The notes under the pieces were generated by a model. That model ran no database searches, had not been told where the DNA came from, and saw only the letters and a program-made list of their open reading frames with translations. DNA of 64,000 bases, taken from NCBI GenBank assembly GCA_958427145.1, contig CAUAAZ010000006.1, positions 13,935 to 77,934 of the forward strand, written 5' to 3'. Within the stretch, counting starts at the first letter, position 1. Each line of letters opens with the position of its first letter. The DNA is from an uncultured Collinsella sp. GTDB lineage: Bacteria; Actinomycetota; Coriobacteriia; Coriobacteriales; Coriobacteriaceae. The position numbers and the translations under genes are program-made. Shown in pieces: positions 1 through 8,629 of this stretch.

Positions 1-1
1 C

Positions 2-115
2 CGTACCATGATCGTCAACGGCTTTGCCAACCCGGTCTCCAAGGAGCTACCGCTGGAGTACGCCGTCGAGATGAACAACCTGATCAAGCTCGAGATGGAA
101 GGAGCGATCGGATAA
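2..115 (+). CDS. sufB: Fe-S cluster assembly protein SufB, C-terminal fragment (gene begins upstream of the window)
   Basis: Frame is open from the window edge. It translates ...[32 protein letters not shown], resembling the conserved SufB C-terminus. TAATG overlap with the next gene. Confidence 0.7.
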   Translation, partial: RTMIVNGFANPVSKELPLEYAVEMNNLIKLEMEGAIG

Positions 116-1386
116 TGAAACAGGAAACCAACACCGCTGCAACCACGCTCGAGCAGGTCAACGCTATGCCGGCCGCCACATGGGGTTGGCTCAAGATGAA
201 CCAGACCAAGCTCGAGCTTTCGGACGAGCTTGCCGCCGCTCCCGCCGAGACCGTTAAGGTTGAGGGCTTGGACGAGCAGTTTGCTGGCGTGGCAGACGCG
301 TTCGACGCCGCCATGGACGCCATGGCCGAGCGCTTCCCCGAGCGCCGCGCCTCCGCGCCCGGCGATGCCGCCGACCGCGCCCGCATCACGCCCGAGACCG
401 AGCTCGACGTGCCCGCCACCTCCGTCTACCAGGCCGGCGCTATCAAGCTCGAAGAGGAGCTCTCCCCCGCTGAGGCCTTCGAGACCGGCATGGGCGAGGC
501 CGCCTACACCTATCTGGCCGATCACGCCACCAAGCGCGTCGTCATCGATGTGCCCGCGTACGGACGCGCCACGGTTACCGTGCGCGTGAGCGGTGTCGAC
601 GCCGCCGCGGCCATCGCCGCTATCGATGTCGTCGCCCGTCCGCAGGCAACGCTCGACCTGCAGATCGCCCTGGACTCCCCCGTCAACGGCCAAGGCGTCG
701 TGGGCTCCGTGCTGCGCGTGTGCGCTCACGAGTACGCCACCGTCAACGTAACCTGCACGCAGACGCTCGATGACAGCTGGATCGCGCTCGACGACACCGG
801 TCTGTTCCTGGACGAAGGCGCGCGCGTCAACGTGCAGCACACCGTTCTGGGTGCCGGCGCCAGCGCCACCGGCCTTGCCGGCGACCTGCTGGGCGATACC
901 GCCAAGGTCACCATCGATACTGACTACCTGGGCGCCCGCGAGCAGGTGCGCGACTTTAACTACGAGCTGCGCCACCGCGGCCGCAAGACCGAGTGCGAGA
1001 TCGACGCCAACGGCGTGCTGACTGGCACGTCAAAGAAGGTCTACCGCGGCACCATCGACCTCGTGCACGGCTGCAAGGGTGCCGTCGGCACCGAGCGCGA
1101 GACGGTGCTCCTGGCCAACAAGGGCGTCGACAACAAGACCGTTCCCGTCATTCTCTGCGACGAGGACGACGTCGCCGGCAACCACGGCGCCACCATCGGT
1201 CACGTCCGCGACGAGCAGCTGTTCTACCTCGCCTGCCGCGGCCTTGACCAAAACGCCGCCGAGGACCTGTTCATTCGCGCCAAGCTGGAGGACGCCGCAC
1301 TTTCCGCCACCGACGAGCGCACCCGCGCCGCCGTCGTCCGCCTGGGCAACAACCTGATCGACAACTTTGAAGAGGAGCTCGCATGA
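115..1386 (+). CDS. sufD: Fe-S cluster assembly protein SufD
   Basis: 423 aa. C-terminal SufB/SufD beta-helix-type sequence (GNHGATIGHVRDEQLFYLACRGL). Sits between sufB and sufS with overlapping stop/start codons. Confidence 0.8.
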   Translation: MKQETNTAATTLEQVNAMPAATWGWLKMNQTKLELSDELAAAPAETVKVEGLDEQFAGVADAFDAAMDAMAERFPERRASAPGDAADRARITPETELDVPATSVYQAGAIKLEEELSPAEAFETGMGEAAYTYLADHATKRVVIDVPAYGRATVTVRVSGVDAAAAIAAIDVVARPQATLDLQIALDSPVNGQGVVGSVLRVCAHEYATVNVTCTQTLDDSWIALDDTGLFLDEGARVNVQHTVLGAGASATGLAGDLLGDTAKVTIDTDYLGAREQVRDFNYELRHRGRKTECEIDANGVLTGTSKKVYRGTIDLVHGCKGAVGTERETVLLANKGVDNKTVPVILCDEDDVAGNHGATIGHVRDEQLFYLACRGLDQNAAEDLFIRAKLEDAALSATDERTRAAVVRLGNNLIDNFEEELA

Positions 1387-2708
1387 TCGACACCGAGCAC
1401 GTTAAATGCGACACCTGTACCGCACCGGAGCCTATGGAGCTCGACGCCAGCGACGAGGCTTCGCGCGGCTGGCCCACTGTGGACATCGAGACCAACCCCT
1501 ACAAGGCGCAGTTCCCGCTGTTTCAGCAGCACCCCGAGATCGCCTTCCTCGATAGTGCCGCCACCGCGCAGCGCCCTGCCTGCGTGCTCGACGCCGAGCG
1601 CGACTTCTACCAGCGTATGAACGCCAACCCCCTGCGCGGCCTGTACTCGCTGTCCGTCGAGGCAACCGAGGCCATCGCGAAGGTGCGCCAGCAGATCGCC
1701 GACCTCATCGGCGCTCCCCAGGCCAACGAGGTCGTCTTCACCCGCAACACGAGCGAGTCGCTCAACCTGGTCGCCAAGAGCTTTGCACCTACGGTGCTCG
1801 AGCCCGGTGACGAGGTCGTCATCACCATCATGGAGCACCACTCCAACCTGATTCCGTGGCAGCAGGTCTGCCGCGAGACCGGCGCCAAGCTCGTCTACCT
1901 CTACCCCACCAAGACCGGTCAACTCACCACCGAGGAGGTTCTGTCCAAGGTGGGCCCCAAGACCAAAATCTTGGCCGTGGGTCAGGTGTCTAACGTGCTG
2001 GGCGTCGAGAACCCGGTCAAGAATCTCGGTAAGCTCGTGCACAAGTACGGCGGCTATCTGGTCGTCGACGGCGCGCAGTCGCTGCCGCACATGCCGGTCG
2101 ATGTGGCCGATCTGGGCGCCGATTTCTTTGCCTTTAGCGCGCACAAGGCCATGGGCCCCATGGGCATCGGCGTCCTGTGGGGCAAGATGGACCTGCTCAA
2201 CGCCATGCCGCCCATGCTCACCGGCGGCGAAATGATCGATTCGGTCACCGAGCAGGACGCCGTCTGGGCGCCCGTCCCCGAGAAGTTCGAGGCAGGCACG
2301 CAGGACGCCGCCGGCATCTTCGCCACAGGCGCCGCTCTCGACTACCTCGTCAACACGGTTGGCTACGAAAACATCCAGGCACGCGAGCGGGCACTCGTCC
2401 ACTACCTGATGGGCGAGCTCATGCAGCTCGACTTTGTCCAGATCATCGGCTCCATCTACTGGGACAACCATCACGGCGTTGTGAGCTTTAACGTCCGCGG
2501 CATCCACCCGCACGACGTCGCGAGCATCATGGACATGGACGGCGTCTGCATCCGCGCCGGTCACCACTGTGCACAGCCGCTGCTCACCTGGCTGGGCGTC
2601 GAGAACCTTGCCTGCTGCCGCGCCAGCGTGGCCTTCTACAACGACAAGGCCGACATTGACAAGTTCATCGCCGGCCTGCATCACGTTTGGAGCACGTTCA
2701 ATGGGTAA
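1383..2708 (+). CDS. sufS: Cysteine desulfurase SufS (class V aminotransferase)
   Basis: 441 aa. PLP-lysine region FFAFSAHKAMGPMGIGVLWG and active-site Cys loop RAGHHCAQPL. 4-nt overlap with sufD. Confidence 0.9.
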   Translation: MIDTEHVKCDTCTAPEPMELDASDEASRGWPTVDIETNPYKAQFPLFQQHPEIAFLDSAATAQRPACVLDAERDFYQRMNANPLRGLYSLSVEATEAIAKVRQQIADLIGAPQANEVVFTRNTSESLNLVAKSFAPTVLEPGDEVVITIMEHHSNLIPWQQVCRETGAKLVYLYPTKTGQLTTEEVLSKVGPKTKILAVGQVSNVLGVENPVKNLGKLVHKYGGYLVVDGAQSLPHMPVDVADLGADFFAFSAHKAMGPMGIGVLWGKMDLLNAMPPMLTGGEMIDSVTEQDAVWAPVPEKFEAGTQDAAGIFATGAALDYLVNTVGYENIQARERALVHYLMGELMQLDFVQIIGSIYWDNHHGVVSFNVRGIHPHDVASIMDMDGVCIRAGHHCAQPLLTWLGVENLACCRASVAFYNDKADIDKFIAGLHHVWSTFNG

Positions 2709-3135
2709 TCTGTACACCTCCACCACATTTATGGAGCACAACTCGCACCCCGACTACAAGTACGAGATGGATGCTCCCACGCACGAGCACGACGGCATCA
2801 ACCCCAGCTGCGGAGACGAGCTCACTCTGCAGCTGCGTGTCGAGAACAACGTGATCGAGGAGGCCTCCTTTACCGGCCACGGCTGCGCCATCAGCCAGGC
2901 CAGTGCCGACATCATGGCCGATCTCATCACCGGCGAGACCGTCGAGGAAGCTCGCCGCCTGGCAGAGCTCTTCCTCGCCATGATCCGCGGCGAGAAGCTC
3001 TCCGAGGAGGACCTGGAAGACCTGGACGAAGCCGCCCAGCTCCAGGACATCTCGCACATGCCCGCCCGCGTCAAATGCGCCGAGCTCGCCTGGCGCACCC
3101 TCGACGGCATGCTCGAGGGGCGAAATAATCAGTAG
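2701..3135 (+). CDS. sufU: SufU/IscU-type Fe-S (sulfur transfer) scaffold protein
   Basis: Internal ATG at 2701 of ORF 2569..3135. Motifs NPSCGDELTL, GHGCAISQASAD and ARVKCAELAW give the three conserved Cys. Overlaps the sufS stop. Confidence 0.85.
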   Translation: MGNLYTSTTFMEHNSHPDYKYEMDAPTHEHDGINPSCGDELTLQLRVENNVIEEASFTGHGCAISQASADIMADLITGETVEEARRLAELFLAMIRGEKLSEEDLEDLDEAAQLQDISHMPARVKCAELAWRTLDGMLEGRNNQ

Positions 3136-3164
3136 TACTTGTCCCAAATCTTAAGATTTTTGTT

Positions 3165-3201
3165 GGCCGAATCGCTTGACAAGAGTGGTTCGGCCATTTT
3201 C
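3165..3201 (+). terminator. Putative intrinsic terminator of the suf operon
   Basis: GGCCGAA...TTCGGCC 7-bp stem followed by ATTTTC. A perfect 14-bp palindrome AAATCTTAAGATTT lies just upstream (3153-3166). Confidence 0.45.
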
Positions 3202-4010
3202 TATTCCGAGAGCTCAGTCTGTGCCTTCACCCGCGCATAAGCGCGCACGATACGAGAGACGGTACTTTTGCCAATCCCGGTATACCGCTCAATCTGGCGC
3301 ACCGTAAAACCGGCATCGTGCAATCCAAGAATGACGATATTGCGCTGCGCCGACGGCGCGGCTTTAACCCCGTGGAGCGGAACCCCGAGGCTCTTCGCCA
3401 TCTTGTCGGCAAAGGCGTGGCGCTCCCACTCTGTCTCTTTCATATCGCACAGCGCCGGCTCGCTACCGTCGGGCGTCGTAAGCGAATAGGCAATAAAGCC
3501 CTCGGCAGAACCAAAAAGTTCAAGCACGCAAGAAGGATCAGAAAATCCCCTCGCGACATCAGCCGCGTCACCGTCGTAAGCGCGCAGATGCTCGGCAAAG
3601 CTGCTCCAGGGATAACGCTCGATTAAGCTGATGCCAGCCTCCTGCGGATCGGCGTGTACGGAGCGAATAGCCTCCATCACCTGCCAGTCGGTATCGAGCG
3701 AGCGCCGGTCGAAACGGTTCTGGAACAGATGGCCCGTGCGCCCCGTGCGTTTATTGAACCGCCGCGCGTACGTCAAAAGCAGTCGGTGCATCGCCGCGCT
3801 CATCCTGTCCTCGTAATCTGCAAGCACCAAATGCACGTGATTGCCCATAAGGCACCAAGCGATAACCGTCACGCCCGCCTTGCGGCAGCACTCACGCATC
3901 AGCTCCAAGAACTCCCACCGGTCCTCATCGCCCTCAAAGATGAGCCGCTTGCCCGTACCGCGGGCACAGACATGGTAAAAGCCGGTAACCGTTCTCCAAA
4001 CGCGCTGCAT
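3201..4010 (-). CDS. HUH/Y1 (IS200-like, RayT/COG1943-type) transposase-family protein with a C-terminal HTH. Possibly catalytically inactive.
   Basis: Start taken at MQRVWRT inside ORF 3201..4223. Family hallmarks are GFYHVCARG, HUH motif GNHVHLVL, GHLFQNRF and YPWSS. The usual R-Y-I-H-x-N-P reads RSVHADP. C-terminus GFTVRQIERYTGIGKSTVSRIVR is HTH-like. Confidence 0.7.
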   Translation of the reverse strand: MQRVWRTVTGFYHVCARGTGKRLIFEGDEDRWEFLELMRECCRKAGVTVIAWCLMGNHVHLVLADYEDRMSAAMHRLLLTYARRFNKRTGRTGHLFQNRFDRRSLDTDWQVMEAIRSVHADPQEAGISLIERYPWSSFAEHLRAYDGDAADVARGFSDPSCVLELFGSAEGFIAYSLTTPDGSEPALCDMKETEWERHAFADKMAKSLGVPLHGVKAAPSAQRNIVILGLHDAGFTVRQIERYTGIGKSTVSRIVRAYARVKAQTELSE

Positions 4011-4413
4011 GGCGCTCCCTTCGCCGGGATCTGCTTGCCATCCAATACAGCACGATTGAAGCGCGCCATCAAAACATTCACGCAAAACAACTACGCCACG
4101 CGGCCAAAGGCAGTATACAGGCGGCGAACGGCACCGTTGCAACAGGTCAACCCCCGCAACGCATACAAGAGCTGAGCAAAAGCTTGCCCAAGACGGACCC
4201 CCTCTACGGAAGTTCGCGACCACAGAACATAGAGTTAAATCGTTTCAATTGAAAGTTCCGCGCATCTCGCTACGAAAACTGAGCCGTTCGCCGAATATTC
4301 CGTGCATTTCGCTGTATTATAGGGGCTGCATGTCATGTCCCTTTCGAAGGGTCGCCCGGCAATCGCCAGCCACGACCCCCAGACGGGACGCCAACACGAT
4401 AGAGAGGAGAGGC

Positions 4414-5148
4414 ATGCAGTACTCACAGGAAGTGGAGAACATGTGCCCCGTTGCCAAGGGTGCATACCACGGCCCCGCACCCATCCCCGAGGAGGGCAAG
4501 TGGGTCCAGGCTAAGGAGATTTCCGACATCTCCGGTCTTACGCACGGTGTGGGTTGGTGCGCACCTCAGCAGGGCGCCTGCAAGCTCACGCTGAACGTCA
4601 AGGACGGCATCATCGAGGAGGCCCTCGTTGAGACCATCGGCTGCTCGGGCATGACCCACTCTGCCGCCATGGCTTCCGAGATCCTTCCCGGTAAGACCAT
4701 CCTCGAGGCCCTCAACACCGACCTCGTCTGCGACGCCATCAACGTTGCTATGCGCGAGATCTTCCTGCAGATCGTTTACGGCCGCAGCCAGACCGCGTTC
4801 TCCGAGGGCGGCCTGCCCGTGGGCGCCTCCCTCGACGACCTCGGCAAGGGCCTTCGCTCTCAGGTCGGCACCATGTTCGGCACCAAGGCCAAGGGCGCTC
4901 GTTACCTCGAGCTCGCTCAGGGCTACGTCACCCGCATGGCTCTCAACGACAAGAACGAGATCATCGCATTCGAGTTCCTGAACCTCGGCAAGTTCACCGA
5001 CGCCGTCAAGGCCGGCAAGACCCCCGAGGAGGCCATCGCTGGCGCTATGGGCCACTATGGTCAGTGGGAGAACGCTGCCAAGTACATCGACCCGCGCACC
5101 GACGAGGAGACTCACTCCGTCGCCAGCGTGTTCCCGGTTCACGAGTAG
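4414..5148 (+). CDS. NifU/IscU N-terminal-domain-like Fe-S scaffold-like protein, partner of the GGGtGRT protein
   Basis: ATG at 4414 preceded by GAGAGGAGAGG. Cys-containing segments GWCAPQQGAC and IGCSGMTHSAA resemble the NifU_N fold. Long C-terminal extension. Confidence 0.7.
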   Translation: MQYSQEVENMCPVAKGAYHGPAPIPEEGKWVQAKEISDISGLTHGVGWCAPQQGACKLTLNVKDGIIEEALVETIGCSGMTHSAAMASEILPGKTILEALNTDLVCDAINVAMREIFLQIVYGRSQTAFSEGGLPVGASLDDLGKGLRSQVGTMFGTKAKGARYLELAQGYVTRMALNDKNEIIAFEFLNLGKFTDAVKAGKTPEEAIAGAMGHYGQWENAAKYIDPRTDEETHSVASVFPVHE

Positions 5149-5166
5149 AAAGGGAGGGAAATAACT

Positions 5167-6171
5167 ATGACTGTTACGTTCGAAGGTTACGAGCGCCGCG
5201 CTGACAAGATCAACAAGTGCCTCGCCGACAACGGCATCGCCTCCCTCGAGGAAGCTCTGCAGATCTGCACCGACAAGGGCTTCAACCCGCGTGAGATCGT
5301 CAACAACACCCAGTCCATCGCCTTCCAGAACGCCGAGTGGGCCTACACCCTCGGTTGCGCTCTCGCTGTCAAGCGTGGCGCCAAGTCCGCTTCTGAGGCT
5401 GCCGCCATCATCGGCGAGGGCATCCAGGCCTTCACCGTTCCCGGCTCCGTCGCCGAGGACCGCAAGGTCGGTCTGGGCCACGGCAACCTGGGCGCTATGC
5501 TGCTCTCCGACGACACCGAGTGCTTCGCCTTCCTGGCCGGTCACGAGTCCTTCGCTGCCGCTGAGGGTGCTATCGGCCTGGCTCTAAACGCCAACAAGGC
5601 TCGCAAGAAGCCGCTGCGCGTCATCCTCAACGGTCTGGGCAAGGACGCTGCTCAGATCATCGCCCGCATCAACGGCTTCACCTACGTGAAGACCCAGTTC
5701 GACTACTTCACGGGCGAGCTCAAGGTCGTCGAGACCATCCCCTACTCCGATGGTCCCCGCGCCGCCGTCAACTGCTACGGCGCCGACGACGTCCGCGAGG
5801 GCGTTGCCATCATGTGGCACGAGAACGTCGACATCTCGATCACCGGTAACTCCACCAACCCCACGCGCTTCCAGCACCCCGTCGCTGGCACCTACAAGAA
5901 GGAGCGCCTCGAGGCTGGCAAGAAGTACTTCTCCGTCGCTTCTGGTGGCGGCACTGGTCGTACCCTGCACCCGGACAACATGGGCGCCGGCCCTGCCTCT
6001 TACGGCATGACCGACACCATGGGCCGTATGCACTCCGACGCCCAGTTCGCCGGTTCTTCCTCCGTGCCTGCGCACGTTGACATGATGGGTCTCATCGGCA
6101 TGGGCAACAACCCCATGGTCGGTGCCACCGTCGCCTGCGCTGTCGCCGTCGAGGAGGCCCTCAAGGCCTAA
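5167..6171 (+). CDS. GGGtGRT family protein (uncharacterised)
   Basis: 334 aa. Contains the literal signature SGGGTGRTLHPDN. GGAGG-type RBS upstream and an 18-nt gap after the NifU-like gene. Confidence 0.8.
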   Translation: MTVTFEGYERRADKINKCLADNGIASLEEALQICTDKGFNPREIVNNTQSIAFQNAEWAYTLGCALAVKRGAKSASEAAAIIGEGIQAFTVPGSVAEDRKVGLGHGNLGAMLLSDDTECFAFLAGHESFAAAEGAIGLALNANKARKKPLRVILNGLGKDAAQIIARINGFTYVKTQFDYFTGELKVVETIPYSDGPRAAVNCYGADDVREGVAIMWHENVDISITGNSTNPTRFQHPVAGTYKKERLEAGKKYFSVASGGGTGRTLHPDNMGAGPASYGMTDTMGRMHSDAQFAGSSSVPAHVDMMGLIGMGNNPMVGATVACAVAVEEALKA

Positions 6172-6205
6172 TCGCGCCCGCGCGATGCTCATATAGTTGA
6201 GCTTT

Positions 6206-6238
6206 GGAGCCGCTACCCACCCAGGTAGCGGCTCTTTT
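6206..6238 (+). terminator. Intrinsic terminator after the GGGtGRT gene
   Basis: GAGCCGCTACC / GGTAGCGGCTC 11-bp stem, 6-nt loop, then TTTTT. Confidence 0.7.
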
Positions 6239-6427
6239 TGTTTGCGCTGTCGCAGGGTAGCTAATGCCGATATATCAGTTGGGGCGAAATACAAGATGTG
6301 ATGAGATGGAGCGTCAGAGCGTCCATGACGCCCACCTGCCATATTTGCCCTTTACCGATTTGCCGAGTCTTTGCGGCCCCATTGCCGATCACCCGTGCGA
6401 CAATGCGCCGGACGAGAAAGGAATCCG

Positions 6428-7954
6428 ATGGAATCGACTGATGTACTGGTAATTGGATCTGGCATTGCGGGCCTTTGCGCCGCCATCGAAGCGGCACGCA
6501 CGGGTGCAACCGTCACTGTGGCAAGCGCCGGCAAGACTATGAGTGGATCGAGCTTCTTCCCCGGAACCTGGGGCCTAGGGCTTATCGGACCCGTTAACGA
6601 AGACGACGAGCAGGACCTCATCGACACCATCCTGGCCGTCGGCGGCGGCGTTGCCGACCCCGAACTCGTCCAAGCGTTCGTCCACGGCATTCCCCAAGCG
6701 ATTGACTGGCTCGAGCAAGACCTGGGCGTTGAGCTCCAGCGTCCGCAAAGCGCCAAGAGTGCTCAACAAAAGCAATTTATCCCCTGCTTTGACCACAAGA
6801 CGCGCATGTGGCGCGGCCTCACCCGCAAGCCCCTTGAGGACGCTCTGACGACCTGGATCGAGTCGCTCGGCATTCGCCTGCTCCCCCGCCATGAGCTTAT
6901 CGACCTTGTTGAGGACACGAACGGCAGAATAACCGGAACCGTACTCTACGACCTTACCGAAAATCGAATCGTGCCCTTTGCTGCCAAGGCCACGATCATC
7001 GCAGCCGGTGGCACAGGCGGCCTGTTCGAGCGCAGCCTTACGTCGGCTGATGTGCTCAGCTCCTCGCAGGCCATCGCACTGGCGCACGGCGCAACACTTA
7101 CTAATATAGAGTTCATGCAGATGATGCCTGGCTTCATCGAGCCCAGGCGTAACTTGGTCTTCAACGAGAAAACCTGGCGCTACGTGCATGTAGACCAGCC
7201 GGTAGATATTGCCGACGACAAGCTGGACGACCTGCTCGAGCAGCGCTCTGGATATGGTCCCTTCACGTCACGCTTGGCCTCCCGCGCTATCGATCTCGTC
7301 ATCGATCAGGCAGGTGTCGAAGGCCTGGCACTCCACTACGACTTCCCCCGCGAGGATGTCCCAGAGTTTGTGCAGACCTTTGCCACCTGGCTGCAAGACG
7401 AGCACGGCATCGCGCCGACCGACGAGATGCGCGTTGCGATGTATGCCCACGCCGCTAACGGCGGCATCAAGATCGATAAGACCGCGCACACGGGCGTTGA
7501 GGGCCTCTACGCTTGCGGCGAGGCGACAGGCGGCATGCACGGCGCCGACCGCATTGGTGGCTTGTCAAGCGCCAACGGCATCGTATTCGGACGTATCGCG
7601 GGCGCATCGGCAGCCCTCACAGCGCAGAAAGAGCCTGAGGCGGCCCTGAGGGCGGATATCACCCTCCCCCAGTACGGCATTGCCACAACAGATGCCGAAC
7701 GCCTGACACACAGCCTTAGGCACACGATGAGCACCTTTTGCATGATCAACAGGACCGAAACAGGCCTATCCGAGGCCCTGCAACAGCTTGAAAGTCTGCA
7801 AGACAAGGCCATGGCGCTGAGCAAGCCGCATGCCGATGACAGCGAGATCGCAGCCCTCGCCCGCCTACAGTCGCAGATTCGACTAGCACAGGAAATGGTC
7901 AAAGCCATGCGCAAGCGAACTGCAAGCTTAGGTTCGCACTATCGAGCAGACTAA
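6428..7954 (+). CDS. FAD-dependent oxidoreductase, L-aspartate oxidase / fumarate reductase flavoprotein-like
   Basis: Start at MESTDVLVIGSGIAGL (Rossmann GxGxxG). Also GGTGG, YACGEATGGMHGADRIGG and C-terminal SLGSHYRAD, typical of the NadB/FrdA family. No nadA or nadC nearby. Confidence 0.7.
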   Translation: MESTDVLVIGSGIAGLCAAIEAARTGATVTVASAGKTMSGSSFFPGTWGLGLIGPVNEDDEQDLIDTILAVGGGVADPELVQAFVHGIPQAIDWLEQDLGVELQRPQSAKSAQQKQFIPCFDHKTRMWRGLTRKPLEDALTTWIESLGIRLLPRHELIDLVEDTNGRITGTVLYDLTENRIVPFAAKATIIAAGGTGGLFERSLTSADVLSSSQAIALAHGATLTNIEFMQMMPGFIEPRRNLVFNEKTWRYVHVDQPVDIADDKLDDLLEQRSGYGPFTSRLASRAIDLVIDQAGVEGLALHYDFPREDVPEFVQTFATWLQDEHGIAPTDEMRVAMYAHAANGGIKIDKTAHTGVEGLYACGEATGGMHGADRIGGLSSANGIVFGRIAGASAALTAQKEPEAALRADITLPQYGIATTDAERLTHSLRHTMSTFCMINRTETGLSEALQQLESLQDKAMALSKPHADDSEIAALARLQSQIRLAQEMVKAMRKRTASLGSHYRAD

Positions 7955-8172
7955 ATCGATTCTCACTTTGAGTTTGATCACAACTTCTCAACATGCATCG
8001 AGCCCCGTAAGCATGATTCCCCTAAGGAGAACACACCTACGGGGCTTTAGCCGTGTTTCCCTAAGGGAATCACGGTGCAGATTACTCAGCTCCGCGCCCC
8101 GACGGGTTCGACCCCATGCGAGGTTAACAAAAAAGCGACCAGCCTAAGCCAGTCGCTTTAACATGCTTTGGG

Positions 8173-8245
8173 TGGGCCGTCAGGGGGTCGAACCCTGGAC
8201 CTTGGGATTAAGAGTCCCCTGCTCTACCAACTGAGCTAACGACCC
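8173..8245 (-). tRNA. tRNA-Lys (anticodon CTT). CCA not encoded (ACCC).
   Basis: Reverse complement is GGGTCGTTAGCTCAGTTGGTAGAGCAGGGGACTCTTAATCCC...GGTTCGACCCCCTGACGGCCCA. Cloverleaf arms identifiable; anticodon loop CTCTTAA. Confidence 0.9.
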
Positions 8246-8288
8246 AAAGCTAAAGTCCGTTATGGCGGACTTTAGAGGAGATATCGTG

Positions 8289-8364
8289 TGGTGGGCCGTC
8301 AGGGGTTCGAACCCTGGACCTTGGGATTAAGAGTCCCCTGCTCTACCAACTGAGCTAACGACCC
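8289..8364 (-). tRNA. tRNA-Lys (anticodon CTT), second copy, CCA encoded
   Basis: Near-identical to the first copy apart from the T-loop region (TTCGAACCCC). 3' end is ...ACGGCCCACCA. Confidence 0.9.
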
Positions 8365-8386
8365 GATATCAACACGAAGCAAGAAC

Positions 8387-8464
8387 TGGGGTGGGTAAAG
8401 GGACTCGAACCCTCGACCTACGGGACCACAACCCGTCGCTCTAGCCAACTGAGCTACACCCACC
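8387..8464 (-). tRNA. tRNA-His (anticodon GTG) with G-1 and encoded CCA
   Basis: Reverse complement is GGTGGGTGTAGCTCAGTTGG...ACGGGTTGTGGTCCCGT...TACCCACCCCA. The extra 5' G pairing with C73 is typical of tRNA-His. Confidence 0.85.
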
Positions 8465-8629
8465 GTGTCCTGTGCGCTTCGCGCTCGACTATTATTGCAA
8501 GGAACGCCACGCGATGCAAGCCCCAATTTTCAAGAATTTTGAAAAGAGTTTTTCGAGCGCGTTTCGAGCAATTCCCACCGGTTCCATAGGAGTAAACTTG
8601 CCCCACTGCAAATCCTCGAAAGGACCGGC

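Noticed and set aside
4249-4413. The longer form of the NifU-like ORF starting at 4249.
   Set aside because: The upstream 55 codons are Arg/Ser/Pro-rich and cover the AT-rich promoter-like region. ATG 4414 has a strong GAGGAGAGG RBS.
6428-7954. Calling this gene nadB (L-aspartate oxidase).
   Set aside because: The FAD-binding and C-terminal motifs fit the NadB/FrdA family. However, no nadA or nadC is nearby and a salvage gene (pncB) is present. Substrate specificity cannot be assigned by eye, so it is left as a generic FAD oxidoreductase.
7955-8172. Local inverted and direct repeats (GATTCCCCTAAGG / CCCTAAGGGAATC and AGCCCCGTA / TACGGGGCT) downstream of the FAD oxidoreductase gene.
   Set aside because: They probably form terminator-type secondary structure shared with the tRNA operon end. 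There is only one occurrence in the window, which is too little to call a distinct element.
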